A stretch of DNA of 61,793 nt, counting the filler, from Chiloscyllium plagiosum (Eukaryota): the NCBI RefSeq assembly GCF_004010195.1. It is 3 parts of one record of this genome, joined end to end, with 100 filler letters (N's around TTAATTAATTAA, not from the genome) between each part and the next. Parts side by side here need not be neighbours in the genome. Positions count along the whole stretch, not along the records: positions 1 to 26,462 come from NC_057712.1; positions 26,563 to 37,740 come from NC_057712.1; 1 more part is not named here. The stretch is one strand, 5' to 3'. The translations under genes and the position numbers were made by a program. The notes below the pieces were generated by a model. It searched no databases. It was given only the letters and a program-made list of their open reading frames with translations, and was not told the DNA's origin. Positions 22,380 to 35,171 of the stretch are shown here, piece after piece (the stretch's first letter is position 1; each line of letters opens with the position of its first letter).

Positions 22380-24730
22380 TAGTAGGTATCCCTTTATCCG
22401 AAATGCTTGGGACCAACTGCTTTGCGGAAATCGGAATTTTGCAGTTATCGGAACTAATGGAGTGTCCCCTGTAGGGTGCAGGGCAGCAACCCATAATCAA
22501 ACATAAATACTGTATTGCAACAAAAACGTATGAATACTGACACGAAGAGGGAAAGACTAGAAATACTACCACACTTTATTTATAGAGTAGTCTACTGATA
22601 AATGAAATACATCGACCATATTCAACAACATTTTATTTCCATAAAAAACATTACAAGAAGAACATCCTGGAAAACCTAAATGTACCTGTACAAAGCCTAT
22701 TTATAGAGTATATATACAAATTCATGAAATACATAGACTATAAATATTCAACAATATTTTATTTCCATAAAAAACATTCGGTAAAACTCAAACACACATC
22801 GCTTCAGCGCTATGGTAGGCGGAGGTTTAAAGGCTTCTTCAAGTGTCATCTGTCTCATTAACATAGGTTTCTGTCTCAGCAATCTCTCTTTAATGGAGTA
22901 AATTGCCATAATCTCTTACTCACTGATAAATGAATGTTGTTCAAGGCCAGCAATTAACTGATCACACATTTTCACCACATCGTCAATGGGGAATCTCTCA
23001 ACTGTGTCACTAACTCATTATCATCATCATCATCACTACTATCCCCACCCTTATCTGTTCAGGAACCCGTATTTAAAACCATTTCAGCACTGTTCCCATC
23101 GCACATGGAATACACGACAGGCACATCATTGTCAATGTTCAGCATTTCTTCGATGTCAGCTTCATGTAATTTATTTACAGTTTTGTCCGATAAATTTTGT
23201 GCATAAGTAACAGGGCTTGCTCTCATCTTTTTTCTCTTCAGTGACATGAAATCCTTCAAACTCTTCATCTGTAGGTTCATTTACAAGAAACATCGTTGTA
23301 GGCCAGAGTCTGGGTCAAGCATTTGTTAATGTTGCTTTATCAACATCATTCCAAGCATTAGCAACTGCATAAATGGCATCCTTCAGACTAAACTCTATCA
23401 GAAAGTCTTGAATTCCTCCCTCTCTTTTTTAAACAGTATGCTTGCTGCAGTCAACATAGTCTTTATACTTGCTCTTCATGGAGAGTAAAATTCCTTGGTC
23501 ACAAGGCTGTAATACAGATGTCACATTCGGGGGCAAGTAAATGCCAAAAACATGACTTTTCACAAGCTGTTCGGCAGGGGGGTGTGCGGATCAGTTGTCC
23601 AGGAACAATAACATTTTACACTTTCCTTCCAGTCTGGCTTGTCTGCAGTGAGCTCGTGCCACTGGTATGAATTGTTTACTGAACCAGTCGGAAAAATTTC
23701 TCGGGTTACCCATGCTTTCTTGTTTGCATGATAATGCACAGGCAAATTGCGTACACCTTTAAGACATCTGGGATGTTTGCTTTTCCCGATCACTGCTAAT
23801 TTCACTTTATGTGTGCCTGCAGCATTGACACACCCAAGAATAGTTAATCTGTCCTTACTTTCCTTAAAACCTGCTGGTGCTCTCTCATTAGCCGTTGCTA
23901 ATGTTTTTCTTGGGACATAGTGCCAGTAGTGAGTTGTTTCATCAGCATTGTAAATTTGTTCAGGACTAAGGCTTTTGTTAGATATCAACGTGGCAAATTC
24001 ACTAACATAATTTTCAGCTGTTTCATGGTCAGCTGAAGCCTTTTCACCACAGATTTTCAGGTATTTCACACCATTAAGCTTCTTGAATTTCTGTAGCCAA
24101 CCTTCTGAATATTGACCTTCGCCTTTAATGTTCAGTTCTTTATATTTCCAGCTTGTTCCATGACCATCAAACCAGTCAGTGGCATATGTTCACTTCTGCG
24201 TTGTCTAATCCACTCCATCAACACACGGTTAAGATCTTCATTTTTTTGCCCAATGCAGTGTTTTCCTATTTTTCATTAGTTGATGGTCATCACTGTCACC
24301 ATAAAACTTCAGTAACTTGTCTTTCTGTTTCTTCAGATCATAGACAGTGGTAGTTCCGACACCATATTCTTCAGTAAGATGCTGCACAGACACACCACAA
24401 TCAAGCTTCTGCAATAACTCTACTCTCTGCATTATTGATAATGACAGATGCTTTATTTTCTTTATATTATGGTTAGCCATAGATGTACCTGCACCTCTTT
24501 TTGACATTTTCACTCTAAAATTAAACAATTTAGCATAGTAAATACAACACACAACTGACGCTTCTGAGTGCTGGGCCACACCACCATGTGGGTCGAGTGG
24601 GTGTGGCCCTCACCTGCCAAGAAAACCCCGTGATGTTACACAGACATGACTGTGCTGAACGCTCAATGAAAACCTTTGGTTTTCTGAGCTTTTCGGTTTT
24701 TGGACGCTCGGATAAAGGGATATGTACCTG
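22380..24730 (-). mobile_element. Tigger/pogo DNA transposon with a frameshifted transposase
   Basis: TIR core TATCCCTTTATCCG at both ends, TA flanks. CENP-B HTH 'LTEEYGVGTTTVYDLKK' (24238-24579). DDE_1 'QIYNADET', 'KDRLTILGC', 'NKKAWVT' (23560-24069). Confidence 0.92.
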
Positions 24731-26337
24731 TACTAATCTACTCTACAAACTATCAAAACACAAAATAAGATATAAGAAGAAAAACTCTACATATTAAAAA
24801 AAAACTACATAACTAACAACAAAAATAGAGAAAATAAATAAATACACCCTCAAAGTAAAATTATGTCAAGTCATAACAAAACCCATATTTATACGGGATT
24901 CTTCCTTCCAGGGGCCCCCAAACCGGCAGACACAGTCCTCATGGCTAATCAAAGGCCCTAGATAGTATGGCTGATACATCTGCGTCGATATAGCTCAGGA
25001 AGAGCCGTCACGTTCAATAGTACAATTCCGTTTTTTGGTGCACCATATTCATAAGGAAGGCTAGAGGGATATATTCCATAACTATACTATGCCAGTTCGG
25101 AAGTCCAGGAGGACTTTCGGATACTCAGCTTGCTAATATGTTTTTCCTTGCACAAAATGCGAGGATAGAAAATAATTTCTTCCCATATCCATCTAGAGAG
25201 TGAAGATTTGAAGAGCCCAAAAGGAGAGACACCGGGTCTGACCCAATCTCTGTTCCCAAAATCTTTGCCAAGACATTTGCTACACTGTCCCAGTATCCAC
25301 GAATCTTATGGCATATCCACAAGCAATGAATGAGAGTACCAACTTCTATTTTACATTTAGGGCACATTGGTGACGCTCCTGCCTTAAACTTTGTAAGTCG
25401 CTCTGGTGCTATATGGGCGCTATGAAGTATCTTCAATTGCATAGCTTGAGTCCTGTTACAGATAGAGATCTTCCTGGCATTTTCCCAGATGTCCTCCTAC
25501 ATCTCTAAGGGGACTTCCATCCCTAATTCTTGAGTCCAGGTTTTATATAGCTGTTCCATGTCCTTCGATACATTATTACCAAGGGAGTGATAGAGAGTAC
25601 TGACCAAGGAAGCACCCATCAGCTGAAGTACTCTCCTTCCCATTCCGATTTATAAGGATTGGTCATCAATGTGGTCTTCCATTCTGACTCATCTTTTATC
25701 TGGATTAACATTTGGAATGCAAGACTTTTCCGAATAAGAATGGCCACTCCCCTAGTTTTTGAGTTGAAGAATGAAAAGAACACTTGGCCAAATCCTCCCT
25801 GCTGCAGCTTCAAGTGCTCCTTATCAGTAAGGTGTGTCTCCTGTAAAAGGGCTACATCAACCCTCTCTTTTTTAAGACTTGATATATTTTCCTTTTTATT
25901 GGCGAGTGGCTGCCTTTAACATTCCAGGTGCATCATTTAAACAAATGGCTAGCCATGATCGCTCAAGAAAGTCCGAGACATCCCAGAAAATATTCAAGGA
26001 AATCTCGAAAAAACTCAAAAACACCCTTCAACCACCAGATAAACCAAGCAAATTATAAATAAACGTTAAAAGACCAGAGCCCCCCTCCAGGAAAAGATAA
26101 GAAAAAGGGGGGAAGGAGGAGAGAAAAAAGGATAAAGAGAAAACAAAATTGTCCATATAATTCAGGTCTTTCAATCTAGTTAAGAGCATCCAAAAATTCC
26201 TTTGCTTTTTCCGGCAAACCGAAGTTTTACACAGACCCTCCGTGACTGAAGCGCAGCGTTGCTGGGTGCCTCAGGGAGTACTGAATATTTAAATCCATCA
26301 GACACTTCTTTCCCTTGTCAAATGCCTTCCTCTTATG

Positions 26338-26462
26338 TGGGCGGCACGGTGGCACAGTGGTTAGCACTGCTGCCTCACAGCGCCAGAGACGCAGGTTCAA
26401 TTCCCGCCTCAGGTGACTGACTGTGTGGAGTTTGCACGTTCTCCCCGTGTCTGCGTGGGTTT
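26338..26462 (+). mobile_element. tRNA-derived SINE 5' part (runs into a gap)
   Basis: A/B boxes and V-SINE-like core, as at 5002. Confidence 0.88.
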
Positions 26463-26562
26463 NNNNNNNNNNNNNNNNNNNNNNNNNNNNNNNNNNNNNN
26501 NNNNNNTTAATTAATTAANNNNNNNNNNNNNNNNNNNNNNNNNNNNNNNNNNNNNNNNNNNN

Positions 26563-26825
26563 TGTCTCAGTCAAATCCATCAAATTCAGCACCGCCTTCC
26601 TAACCTGCAATCTTCTTCCTGACCTCTCCGCCCCCACCCCAGTCTGACCTATCACCCTCACCTTGACCGCTTTCCACCTATCACATTTCCGACGCCCCTC
26701 CCCCAAGTCCCTCCTCCCTACCTTTTATCTTAGCCTGCTGGACAAACTTTCCTCATTCCTGAAGAAGGGCTTATGCCCGAAACGTCGATTCTCCTGTTCC
26801 CTGGATGCTGCCTGACCTGCTGCGC
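26563..26825 (+). mobile_element. PLE 3'-end/pLTR fragment carrying a minimal hammerhead
   Basis: C-rich tract followed by CTGAAGA-AGGGC-TTAT-GCCC-GAAAC-GTC. Confidence 0.75.
26755..26792 (+). ncRNA. Minimal type I hammerhead ribozyme motif (PLE-associated)
   Basis: CUGAAGA core, helix II GGGC/GCCC, GAAAC and GUC cleavage triplet are all intact; helix I is imperfect. Confidence 0.7.
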
Positions 26826-28838
26826 ATGACCGGAGAGAAGTCCTGGAACAGCAGTATTTTGGATCCTGTTATATACCATGGTTTAGGGATCCTTCCCCAA
26901 AGCTCTGGAGGTCTCCAGCAGCATTTGCTTATCCCTGTAGTGCTGGAGTCGCACTAGGACTGGGCAGGGACACTGGTCCAGGCCGGGCCTGTGAACAGCA
27001 ACCCGGTGGGCCCGCTGAACCACACCCGGCCTAACTCAGACTCCAGCTTCAGCAGTTGTGGAAGCCATGGTCCCAAGTACTGATTCATGCTCTAAGTTCA
27101 TCACTTTTATTCCTGACACACCTTGCATTGAAACATACACACTTTAACTTATCCCTTTGCCCTATCAACTGTGTATCCTTCCTGACAGACTGCCCATTCA
27201 ACAACTATCCTCTCCTTTGATCTGTATCTCTGGTTCCCATCTCCCTGCCAAACTAGCTGAAACCATCCCAAAGTGCTCTTGCAAATCTTCTGCCCAGGAC
27301 ATTAGTGCCCCTTCAGTTTAAGTGCAACCCATCCTTTGTGTACAGGTACCACCTTCCCCAGAAGATAGCCCAATGATCTACATTTCTGAAGCCCTCCCTC
27401 CTGCACTAGCCCTGTAGCCACCTATTCTTGGTCCCCCCTCCCTGTTCCTCGCCTCACTAGCACGTGGCACCAGTTGATTACTCAGGCTGTCAGCTTGCTT
27501 GCTGAGCTGGAAGGTTTGTTCTCAGACGTTCCATCACCATGCTAGGGTAACATCATTAGGGAGCTTCCGGTGAAGCGCTGGTGTTCTGTCCCATTTGCTA
27601 TTTGTGTGCCTTGGTCTGTTAAGGTTGTTGGTATCATTTCTGGTTCTTTTTCACAGGGGTTGGTAAATGGGGTCCAAATCCATGCATTTATTGATGGAGG
27701 CCTCCAGGAATTCCTGTGTGTGCCTCTGTTGAGCCTGTCCTAGGATGGATGTGTTGTCCCAGTCAAAGTGATGTCCTTCTTCGTCGGTGTGTAAGTATAT
27801 TAGTGATGGCTGGCCGTGTCTTTTGGAGGCTAGTTTCCTGCTTGACTGTCTGATGTAATGTTTGTCACAGTCTTTGCAGGGTATTTTGTAAATGACCATT
27901 TTTCTGGTTATTGGTATAGGGTCCTTTAGGTTCATCAGTAGCTGTTTCAGTGTGTTGGTAGGCTTGTGGGCTACCATGATGCCAAGGGGTTGGAGTAATC
28001 TGATAGTCATCTCTGAGATGGCTTTGATTTATGGTAGTGTGGCCAGAGTCTCTGGGCAAATTGTATCTTCTTGTTTGGGTTTGTTGTTTAAGAAATGGTG
28101 GACTGTGCTTATCAGATACCTGTTGTTCTTGAATACACTGTGTAGGTATTGTGGCCTGTTGAAATAACGTCCTGATGCAGCTCTGTTTGTGGGTGTTGGG
28201 ATGATTGCTCCTGTAGTCGAGTATCTCGTTTGTGTGTGTTGCTTTCCTGGAGACACTGGTCTACAGCTCTCCATTAACTGTTCGTTCCACTGTGACACCG
28301 AGGAAGGGGAGTCTGTTGTTGTTCTCTTCCTCTTTGGTGGAATGTATGCCAGTAAGGATGTTGGTTATGATACTGTAGGTTTCCTCTAATTTGTTCCATT
28401 TCGTGATGACAAAGGTGTCATCCACATAGCGGACCCAAAGCTGGGGTTGGATCGTGAGGAGGGCTGTTCGTTCTAGTTTCTGCATCACCGCTTCTTCCAA
28501 GAATCCCGATATTGGTGATCCCATGGGTGTGCCAGTGATTTGTTTGTAGGTCTTGTCGTTAAAGTTGAAGTGCATAGTGAGGCACAGGTCTACTAACTTG
28601 AGGATGCCGTCCTTGCTGATGGAGATGGTGCTGTCTGGTGTTTGTGTCCTTGGATCGTCTAGTACTGTGGTCAGTGTTTCTTTGGCTAGGCTGATGTTAA
28701 TTGATGTGAATAGGGCTGTTACATTGAAGGAGACCATGACTTTATCCTCTTCTATCTTGGTGTCTCTGATGACGTCCAGATATTCTTGGGTGGAGTGAAT
28801 GGAGTGGCATGAGTCTTCTACTAGGTATTTCAGTTTAT

Positions 28839-29156
28839 GATTAGATTAGATTCCCTACAGTGCGGAAACAAGCCCTTCGGCCCAACAAGTCCACACTGAC
28901 CCTCCGAAGAGTAACCCACCCAGACCCATCTTCCTCTGACTAGCACCTAACACTATGGGCAATTTAGCATGGCCAATTCACCTAACCTGCGCATCTTTGT
29001 GACTGTGGGAGGAAACCGGAGCACCCGGAGGAAACCCACGCAGCCACAGGGAGAATGTGCAAACTCCACACAGACAGCTGCCCGAGGCTGGAATCGAACC
29101 TGGGGCCCTGGTGCTGTGAGGCAGCAGTGCTAACCACTGAGCCACCATGCCACCCC
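28839..29156 (-). mobile_element. tRNA-derived SINE
   Basis: Reverse complement of A/B boxes and core; ATTAG-repeat tail. Confidence 0.9.
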
Positions 29157-29623
29157 TTATGGTGAAGTTCTTTTGCTAGTCTGTGTGTCGGTGTGCCAAG
29201 GAGAGAGACGATGGATCTGCAGGGGGCCCCCTGGTTTGTGTACCTTAGGTAATCTGCAGAAATGGGTGTGTTGGATCCATCCGGTTTTATTCTCTGGAAA
29301 TCTGACTTGTTAATTTCACCTGATATGTGCAATTTCTTCAGTAATGCTGTAATACAGTTTCCTCGCTATGGAATTGGGTCTATGGCACCTGTTGGTAGGT
29401 GTCGGTATCTGTATGTAGTGAGTTTTCCTTTTCAATGTACTGTGTTCTGTTTAGGATGACGGTCATGTGCCCTTTGTCTGCCAGTAGGATGACAAAATTT
29501 CTATCTTTTCTGAGTCCTTCTAGAGCTTTCCTTTCCTGTGTGTTGACTGTGTTCCCTTCTTTCTTCCTGCTTAGCATTGGCGCTACTGTCTGTCTGATGG
29601 TCTGCTGGGTTTCTTCTGTAATT

Positions 29624-29950
29624 GGGGTGGCATGGTGGTTCAGTGGTTAGCACTGCTGCCTTACAGCGCCAGGGACGCAGGTTCAATTCCAGCCTCAGGT
29701 GACTGTCTGTGTGGAGTTTGCTTGGTTTTCCTCCGGGTGCTCTGGTTTCCTCCCATAATCCAAAGGTGTGCAGGTCAGGTGAATTGACCATGCTAAATTG
29801 CCCATAGTGTTGAGGGATATGTAGGTTAGGTGTGTTTGTCAGGGGTAAATATAGGATAGTAGGGGAATGGGTCTTGGTGGGTTACTCTTCGGAGGGTTGG
29901 TGTGGACAGGTTGGGCCAAAGGGCCTGTTTCCACACTGTAGGGATTCTAT
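29624..29950 (+). mobile_element. tRNA-derived SINE (small internal deletion)
   Basis: A/B boxes, core and CR1-like tail. Confidence 0.88.
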
Positions 29951-30389
29951 GTAAATCTGTTTCTTTCAGGGTTGATTCAAGTACTGCTAGGAAGTCTTTT
30001 TTTGTCTGCATCTCTGAAGCTGTAGTTCATCCCTCGCACTACGAAGGCTTTTTCCATGTCTGTTAATGGTCGGTCCGACAGATTCTTTATCCAAGCTTCT
30101 GAATTGTCTGTGTTGTTCTGTTGTGTGAGCTTGTCCAGTCTTTCTTGTAGGGCTAGTGTTTTCTTTGTCTGGATCAGTTGTTGTTTGATGCTGATGGCTT
30201 GCTCTAATGTGCTTATCCATTCCTAGTCAGTCACATTGGTGCATAAAGTTTTTTGGTGAAAAATTTCCCGTTCGTATTTGTGGAGTCAGTTGTGGGCGTC
30301 ATGAATAATTTCTCGCAACGTTCTGCCGCTGTTCTGTTCTGCTTTCTTCTGGCTTGTGGGTGTTGAGACGTGGTTTGTCCTTGAGACAT

Positions 30390-30683
30390 TTAGATTTAGA
30401 TTAGATTAGATTACAGTGTGGGAACAGGCCCTTCGGCCCAACAAGTCCACACCGACCCGCCGAAGCGAAACCCACCCATACCCCTACATTTACCCCTTAC
30501 CTAACACTACAGGCAATTTAGTATGGCCAATTCACCTGACCCTGCACATCTTTGGATGGTGGGAGGAAACCGGAGCACCCAGAGAACGTGCAAACTCCAC
30601 ACAGTCAGTCGCCTGAGGCGGGAATTGAACCCGGGTCTCTGGCGCTGTGAGGCAGCAGTGCTAACCACTGTGCCACCGTGCCA
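30390..30683 (-). mobile_element. tRNA-derived SINE
   Basis: Reverse-complement A/B boxes; (TTAGA)n tail. Confidence 0.9.
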
Positions 30684-32344
30684 TCTTGGTACTACCTGTT
30701 TCCTGAGGCATTCACGTAGGAAATACAGTTGTTCACGGATGGCCCTCAGTCAGATGGCATTGGTTTCCCATCTTCGGGCTAGTTTGAGCATATTGTGCCC
30801 ATAGATCTTGGCAATTTTTGAGAAGATTTGTACTGTGATTACTACTGTGCTTTTTAGCTTCCAACCTAACTCCCTGAAATCACCTTTTAGACCCTCATCC
30901 CTTTCCTGGCTATGTCATTGGTGCCAATGTGCACCACGACTTCTGGCTGTTCACCCTCCCCCTTCAGAATCGTGTAGACTCGATCAGGGACATTCTGGCA
31001 CCTGGGAGGCAACATACCTTCCGGGAGTCCCGTTCACAACTACAGAATCCCCTGTCCGTTCCTCTAACTATTGAGTCTCCTACCACAAGCACTTTTCTAA
31101 TCTCCCCTATTCCCTTCTGAGCCACAGAGCCAGGCTCAGTACCAGAGACCTGGTCACTATGGCTTTCCCATGGTAGGTCATTCCCATTCCCCCCCCCAAC
31201 AGTATCCAAAATGGTATATACGTTATTGAGGGGAACAGTCACAAGGGATCCCTACACTGTCTGCCTGTTCCCTTTTGGTCCCCTGATTGTAACCCATCTA
31301 CATTCTTCCTGTACCTGAGGTGAGAATACCTCCCTGTAACTCCTCTCAATAACCCCCTCTGTTTTTGGAGGAGGATTGGGTGGGAGACATGACCTAAGTT
31401 GTGTTTCAGGTAAAGCAAATGCCCAAATATATTACCTCACTGATTTAGTAGTCCTGTGTCTGCACCTGCTCAGCGTGCGCTCCACTTATTCACGAGGTAA
31501 GTTATTAAAGGGTTAATTTACCTTCCCAGCAGCACCCGGTCCTCGCTCTCACTGCTCCCGCCACTGCTGTAAAATGGAGCTTTATTTATTTGTTCAATAC
31601 ATTTGCATCAGTTGTATTATCCTTTTACCTTTTACTTACAAATTCTGTGTTTAATGTATTCTTTCTCACTAGCTAATTGAAGGAGGAGCAGTGTTCTGAA
31701 AGCTTGTGGTTTAAAATAAACATGTTGGACTATAACCTGGTGCCGTGTGATTTTTGACCGTCTCCACTAAGGCAGAATTTAACCATTCCCCCCCACCGTT
31801 AACATTCAATGGTGTTACCACCAATGAACCATTTACATCTAGAAACACAAGAGCTGCAAATAAATGGGAACACTCCTACCATCTGCAAGTTCCCATTCAT
31901 ACCATTCACCATCCTGGCTTGGAGATATATCACCATTTCTTCAGTGTCACTGGGTCAAAATCATGGAATTTCCTTTCTAACATTCGAGCATTGTTGGTCT
32001 ACCGACACGCGTCAGGCTTTAGTGATTCATAAAAGTAGTAGTGGAAATTGGTATTGAGTAATAAAATTCTTATCCTGCCAATGACACCAACTTCCCATGA
32101 CATAATAAAATTAAAATCCTTACATTTATCACATCCAAGACTTTTCAACTTTAATTACAGCCAGATTTCTAATTATATATCTTAATCCATATTTTGGCCC
32201 ATCAGTGTTTCAACTACATTCTCTTTCACTGTGACTTTCTCAATAATATTTTAAATACACACAAAACATTAGGAGTTAGAGTTGGCCATTTGGCCCCTCC
32301 AAGCCAGAATTCCACATGAACACAACTGTTTTTTTAATATATAT

Positions 32345-33612
32345 TGGAAATCATGTCTCACAAACTTGATTGAGTTTTTTGAAGAAGTAACTAAGAGGAT
32401 TGATGAGGGCAGAGCAGTAGATGTGATCTATATGGACTTCAGTAAGGCGTTCGACAAGGTTCCCCATGGAAAACTGGTTAGCAAGGTTAGATCTCGCGGA
32501 ATACAGTGAGAACTAGCCATTTGGATACAGAACTGAATTAAGGGTAGAAGACAGAGGGTGGTGGTGGAGGCTTGTTTTTCAGACTGGAGACCTGTGACCA
32601 GTGGAGTGCCACAAGGATCGGTGCTGGGTCCTCTATTTTTTGTCATTTACATAAACGATTCGGATACGAGCATAAGAGATACAGTTAGTAAGTTTGCAGA
32701 TGACACCAAAATTGGAGGTGTAGCGGACAGCGAAGAGGGTTACCTCAGATTACAACAGGATCTGGACCAGATGGGCCAATGGGCTGAGAAGTGGCAGATG
32801 GAGTTTAATTCATATAAATGAGAAATGCTGCATTTTGGGAAAGCAAATCTTAGCAGGACTTATACACTTAATGGTAAGGTCCTAGGGAGTGTTGCTGAAC
32901 AAAGGGACCTTGGAATGCAGATTCATAGCTCCTTGAAAGTGGAGTCGCAGGTAGATAGGATAGTGAAGAAGGCGTTTGGTATGCTTTCTTTTATTGATCA
33001 GAGTATTGAGTATAGGAGTTGGGAGGTCATGTTGCAGCTGTACAGGACATTGGTTAGGCCACTGTTGGAATATTGGGTGCAATTCTGGTCTCCTTCCTAT
33101 CGGAAAGATGTTGTGAAACATGAAAGGGTTCAGAAAAGATTTCCAAGGTTGTTGCCAGGGTTGGAGGATCTGAGCTATAGGGAGAGGCTGAACAGGCTGG
33201 GGCTGTTTTCCCTGGAGCGTCGGAGGCTATGGGGTGACCTTATAGAGGTTTACAAAATTATGAGGGGCATGGATAAGGTAAATAGACGAAGTATTTTCCC
33301 TGGGATCGGGGACTCCAGAACTAGAGGGCATAGGTTTAAGGTGAGAGGGGAAAGATATAAAAGAGACCTAAGGGGCAACTTTTTCACACAGAGAGGGGTA
33401 TGTGTATAGAATGAGCTGCCAGAGGAAATGGTGGAGGCTGGTACAATTGCAACATTTAAGAGGCATTTGGATGGGCATATGAATAGGAGGATTTGGAGGG
33501 ATATCGGCCGGGTGCTGGCAGGTGGGACTAGATTGGGTTGGGATAGCCGGTCGGCATGGACGGGTTGGACCGAAAGGTCTGTTTCCATGCTTGTACATCT
33601 CTATGACTCTAT
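32345..33612 (+). mobile_element. 5'-truncated, relatively young CR1 LINE
   Basis: 'SCLTNLIEFFEEV', 'DFSKAFDKVPH', 'GVPQGSVLGP', 'KFADDTK', 'LVRPLLEY'; tail ending CTCTATGACTCTAT. Confidence 0.93.
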
Positions 33613-33744
33613 TCCCTTGAAATATACAACAGCATTCCTCTACTTCACATGTACCAGGAAACCCAAATCCCCTGTACTGCAGAATTCTGCTGTCTCTCTC
33701 TATATAAATATAAATGTTGTTTTTCTGTTCTTCCAATTAAAATG

Positions 33745-34295
33745 GATGACCCCTGGAGCTTCAGAGGCTGAGGTGTGACCTTACAGAGGTTTATGAGATC
33801 ATGAGGGGCATGGATAGGATAAATAGGCAAGGTCTTTTCCCTGGGGTGGGGGAGTCTAAAACTAGAGGGCAGAGAGGTTGAGTAAGATATGAAAGAGCAT
33901 AGATTTAAAATGAGAGTGGAAAGATATAAAAGGGACCTAAGGAGCAACTTTTTCATGCAGAGGGTAGTGCGTTTATGGAATGAGGTGTCAGAGGAAGGGG
34001 TGGAGACAAAAAACTGCAAATGCTGCAATCCAAAACAGACAGGCTGGAAAAACACAGCTAACCAGGCAGCATGAGGAGGTGGAGAAATCAACATTTTGGA
34101 TGTAACCGTTCTTCAGGAAGCGATGGAGGCTGGTACAATTACAATATTTAAAAGGCATTTGGATGGGTACATGAATAGGAAGGGTTTAGAGGGATGTGGG
34201 CCAAATGCTGGCAATTGGGACTCGATTAATTTAGTATATCTGGTCAGCATGGACAAGTTGGACCAAAGGGTCTGTTTCTGTGCTATCCCTATGAT
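33745..34295 (+). mobile_element. CR1 3' end interrupted by a short PLE-derived piece (about 34005-34118)
   Basis: CR1 3' sequence on both sides; the insert contains a degenerate hammerhead on the minus strand. Confidence 0.75.
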
Positions 34296-35171
34296 TATGA
34301 CATTTTCCCACATCATTCTGCAATTGTCAATATTTTGCCCTCTTACATATCCTACCTAAATCTGTTTGTAGCCTCCTTATGTCCCCACCACACATATGTT
34401 CTTACCTATTTTTGTGTTATCAATAAATTTAGAATTATATATTTGGTACCTGCATCCAAGTAATACATTGCAAGTAGTGAAATCCCAGAGCTGAGATTTT
34501 TCTTGATAAAGAAGGATGCAAATAGTCTTTAGTAGTTCAGCCAAATCCTCTGCCTCCATTTGTAGACTTACCTTTGGTCACTACTCAGCCTCACTCTGGA
34601 GACAAAGCAGAGTTAACATTTCAGGTTCAGTCACCCATCTTTAGAATGGATTGTAACTAAGGAAACATCGGTATACTGTAAATGCTAAAGCTAGGGTGGG
34701 GGAAGGGGAGAGAAGTAAATGATAGATGGAGAAGGAGCCCAGAGAGAGAAAAGCAGTTGGGCAGACAAAGGTAAGTCTGTGAGAATGAATAGCTATTATT
34801 GGGGACCATTAGTGGGTGACCGTGGTTTGGTTTGTGGTAGTAGACCATGTGATGACAGGGCCTGGTGTGTGGGTGTTGGGGTAAGAACATGGGAGAGATG
34901 CTGAAGCTGTAAAGTTGTTCAATTCAATATTGAGTCTCACTTTTACCATGCCTTTATTAGTTATTTGCAGACTGAAGCAATCTGGATTCCCTTTTATGTT
35001 TTCTGCCATTTTCTTCACACATGTCCTTTTGCTTCTCTTATTTCTCATTTCCCCTCCAAGTTTTGTATTTTCAGCGTGGATCAGAATTATGTTCTCCACT
35101 TGATATCTGTTATGTGAGTGCCTTTTTTTTTTGGTTTCAGTTTACTCACTCTACTTTTTCTTAGACCTTTG

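Larger units (their letters stand above)
22251..27070 (-). mobile_element. L1 LINE with a large internal ORF2 deletion; hosts Tigger, a SINE and a PLE piece
   Basis: Poly-T/3' UTR 22251-22378 and 24733-25000. C-terminal 'CPKCKIEVGTLIHCLWIC' (25125-25442). Endonuclease N-terminus 25683-25957. ORF1 remnants 26160-26335 and 26826-27070. Confidence 0.85.
27483..30835 (-). mobile_element. Near full-length Poseidon-type PLE with three SINE insertions
   Basis: 'LLADKG', 'SFNVTALFT', 'GTPMGSPISG', 'RYVDDTF', 'IYKIPCKDCDKHYI'; degenerate hammerhead pLTR near 27520-27565; TSD TGATTACT at 27475-27482 and 30836-30843. Confidence 0.9.
18393..31580 (-). mobile_element. Near full-length but fragmented CR1 LINE (pieces 18393-18687, 21096-22250, 27075-27482, 30836-31580)
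   Basis: Tail at 18400-18450. RT motifs 'QGSVLGPLLF', 'KFIDDTK', 'DLSQAFDKVPH'. ORF1 SGNH/esterase motif 'KVLVVGDSIVRGTDRGFC' (30964-31242). Confidence 0.8.
17088..31757 (-). mobile_element. Penelope-like (Neptune-type) 3' fragment with inverted arms: 17088-18070 (-), 18075-18392 and 31585-31757 (+); the right arm is split by a 13-kb nested insertion
   Basis: GIY-YIG C-terminal peptide 'FQGGLEDMQQHRITKQRLITKFGTHEDG' near 17975-18060. 17260-17610 is the reverse complement of 18080-18390 plus 31585-31620. Terminal GTCAAAAATCACATGGCACTAGGTTATAGTCCAAC is inverted at 31723-31758. Flanking direct repeat TGACC(A/G)TCTCCACTAA. Confidence 0.8.

Noticed and set aside
22986..24579. Domesticated TIGD/JRK-like host gene
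   Set aside because: The reading frame is broken by frameshifts, TIRs and TA flanks are present, and it sits inside an L1 3' UTR. It is a dead transposon copy.
26463..26562. TTAATTAATTAA palindrome embedded in Ns (also at 37741-37840)
   Set aside because: It is identical and centred in two exactly 100-base gaps. This is an artificial scaffolding spacer with stops in all frames, not biology.
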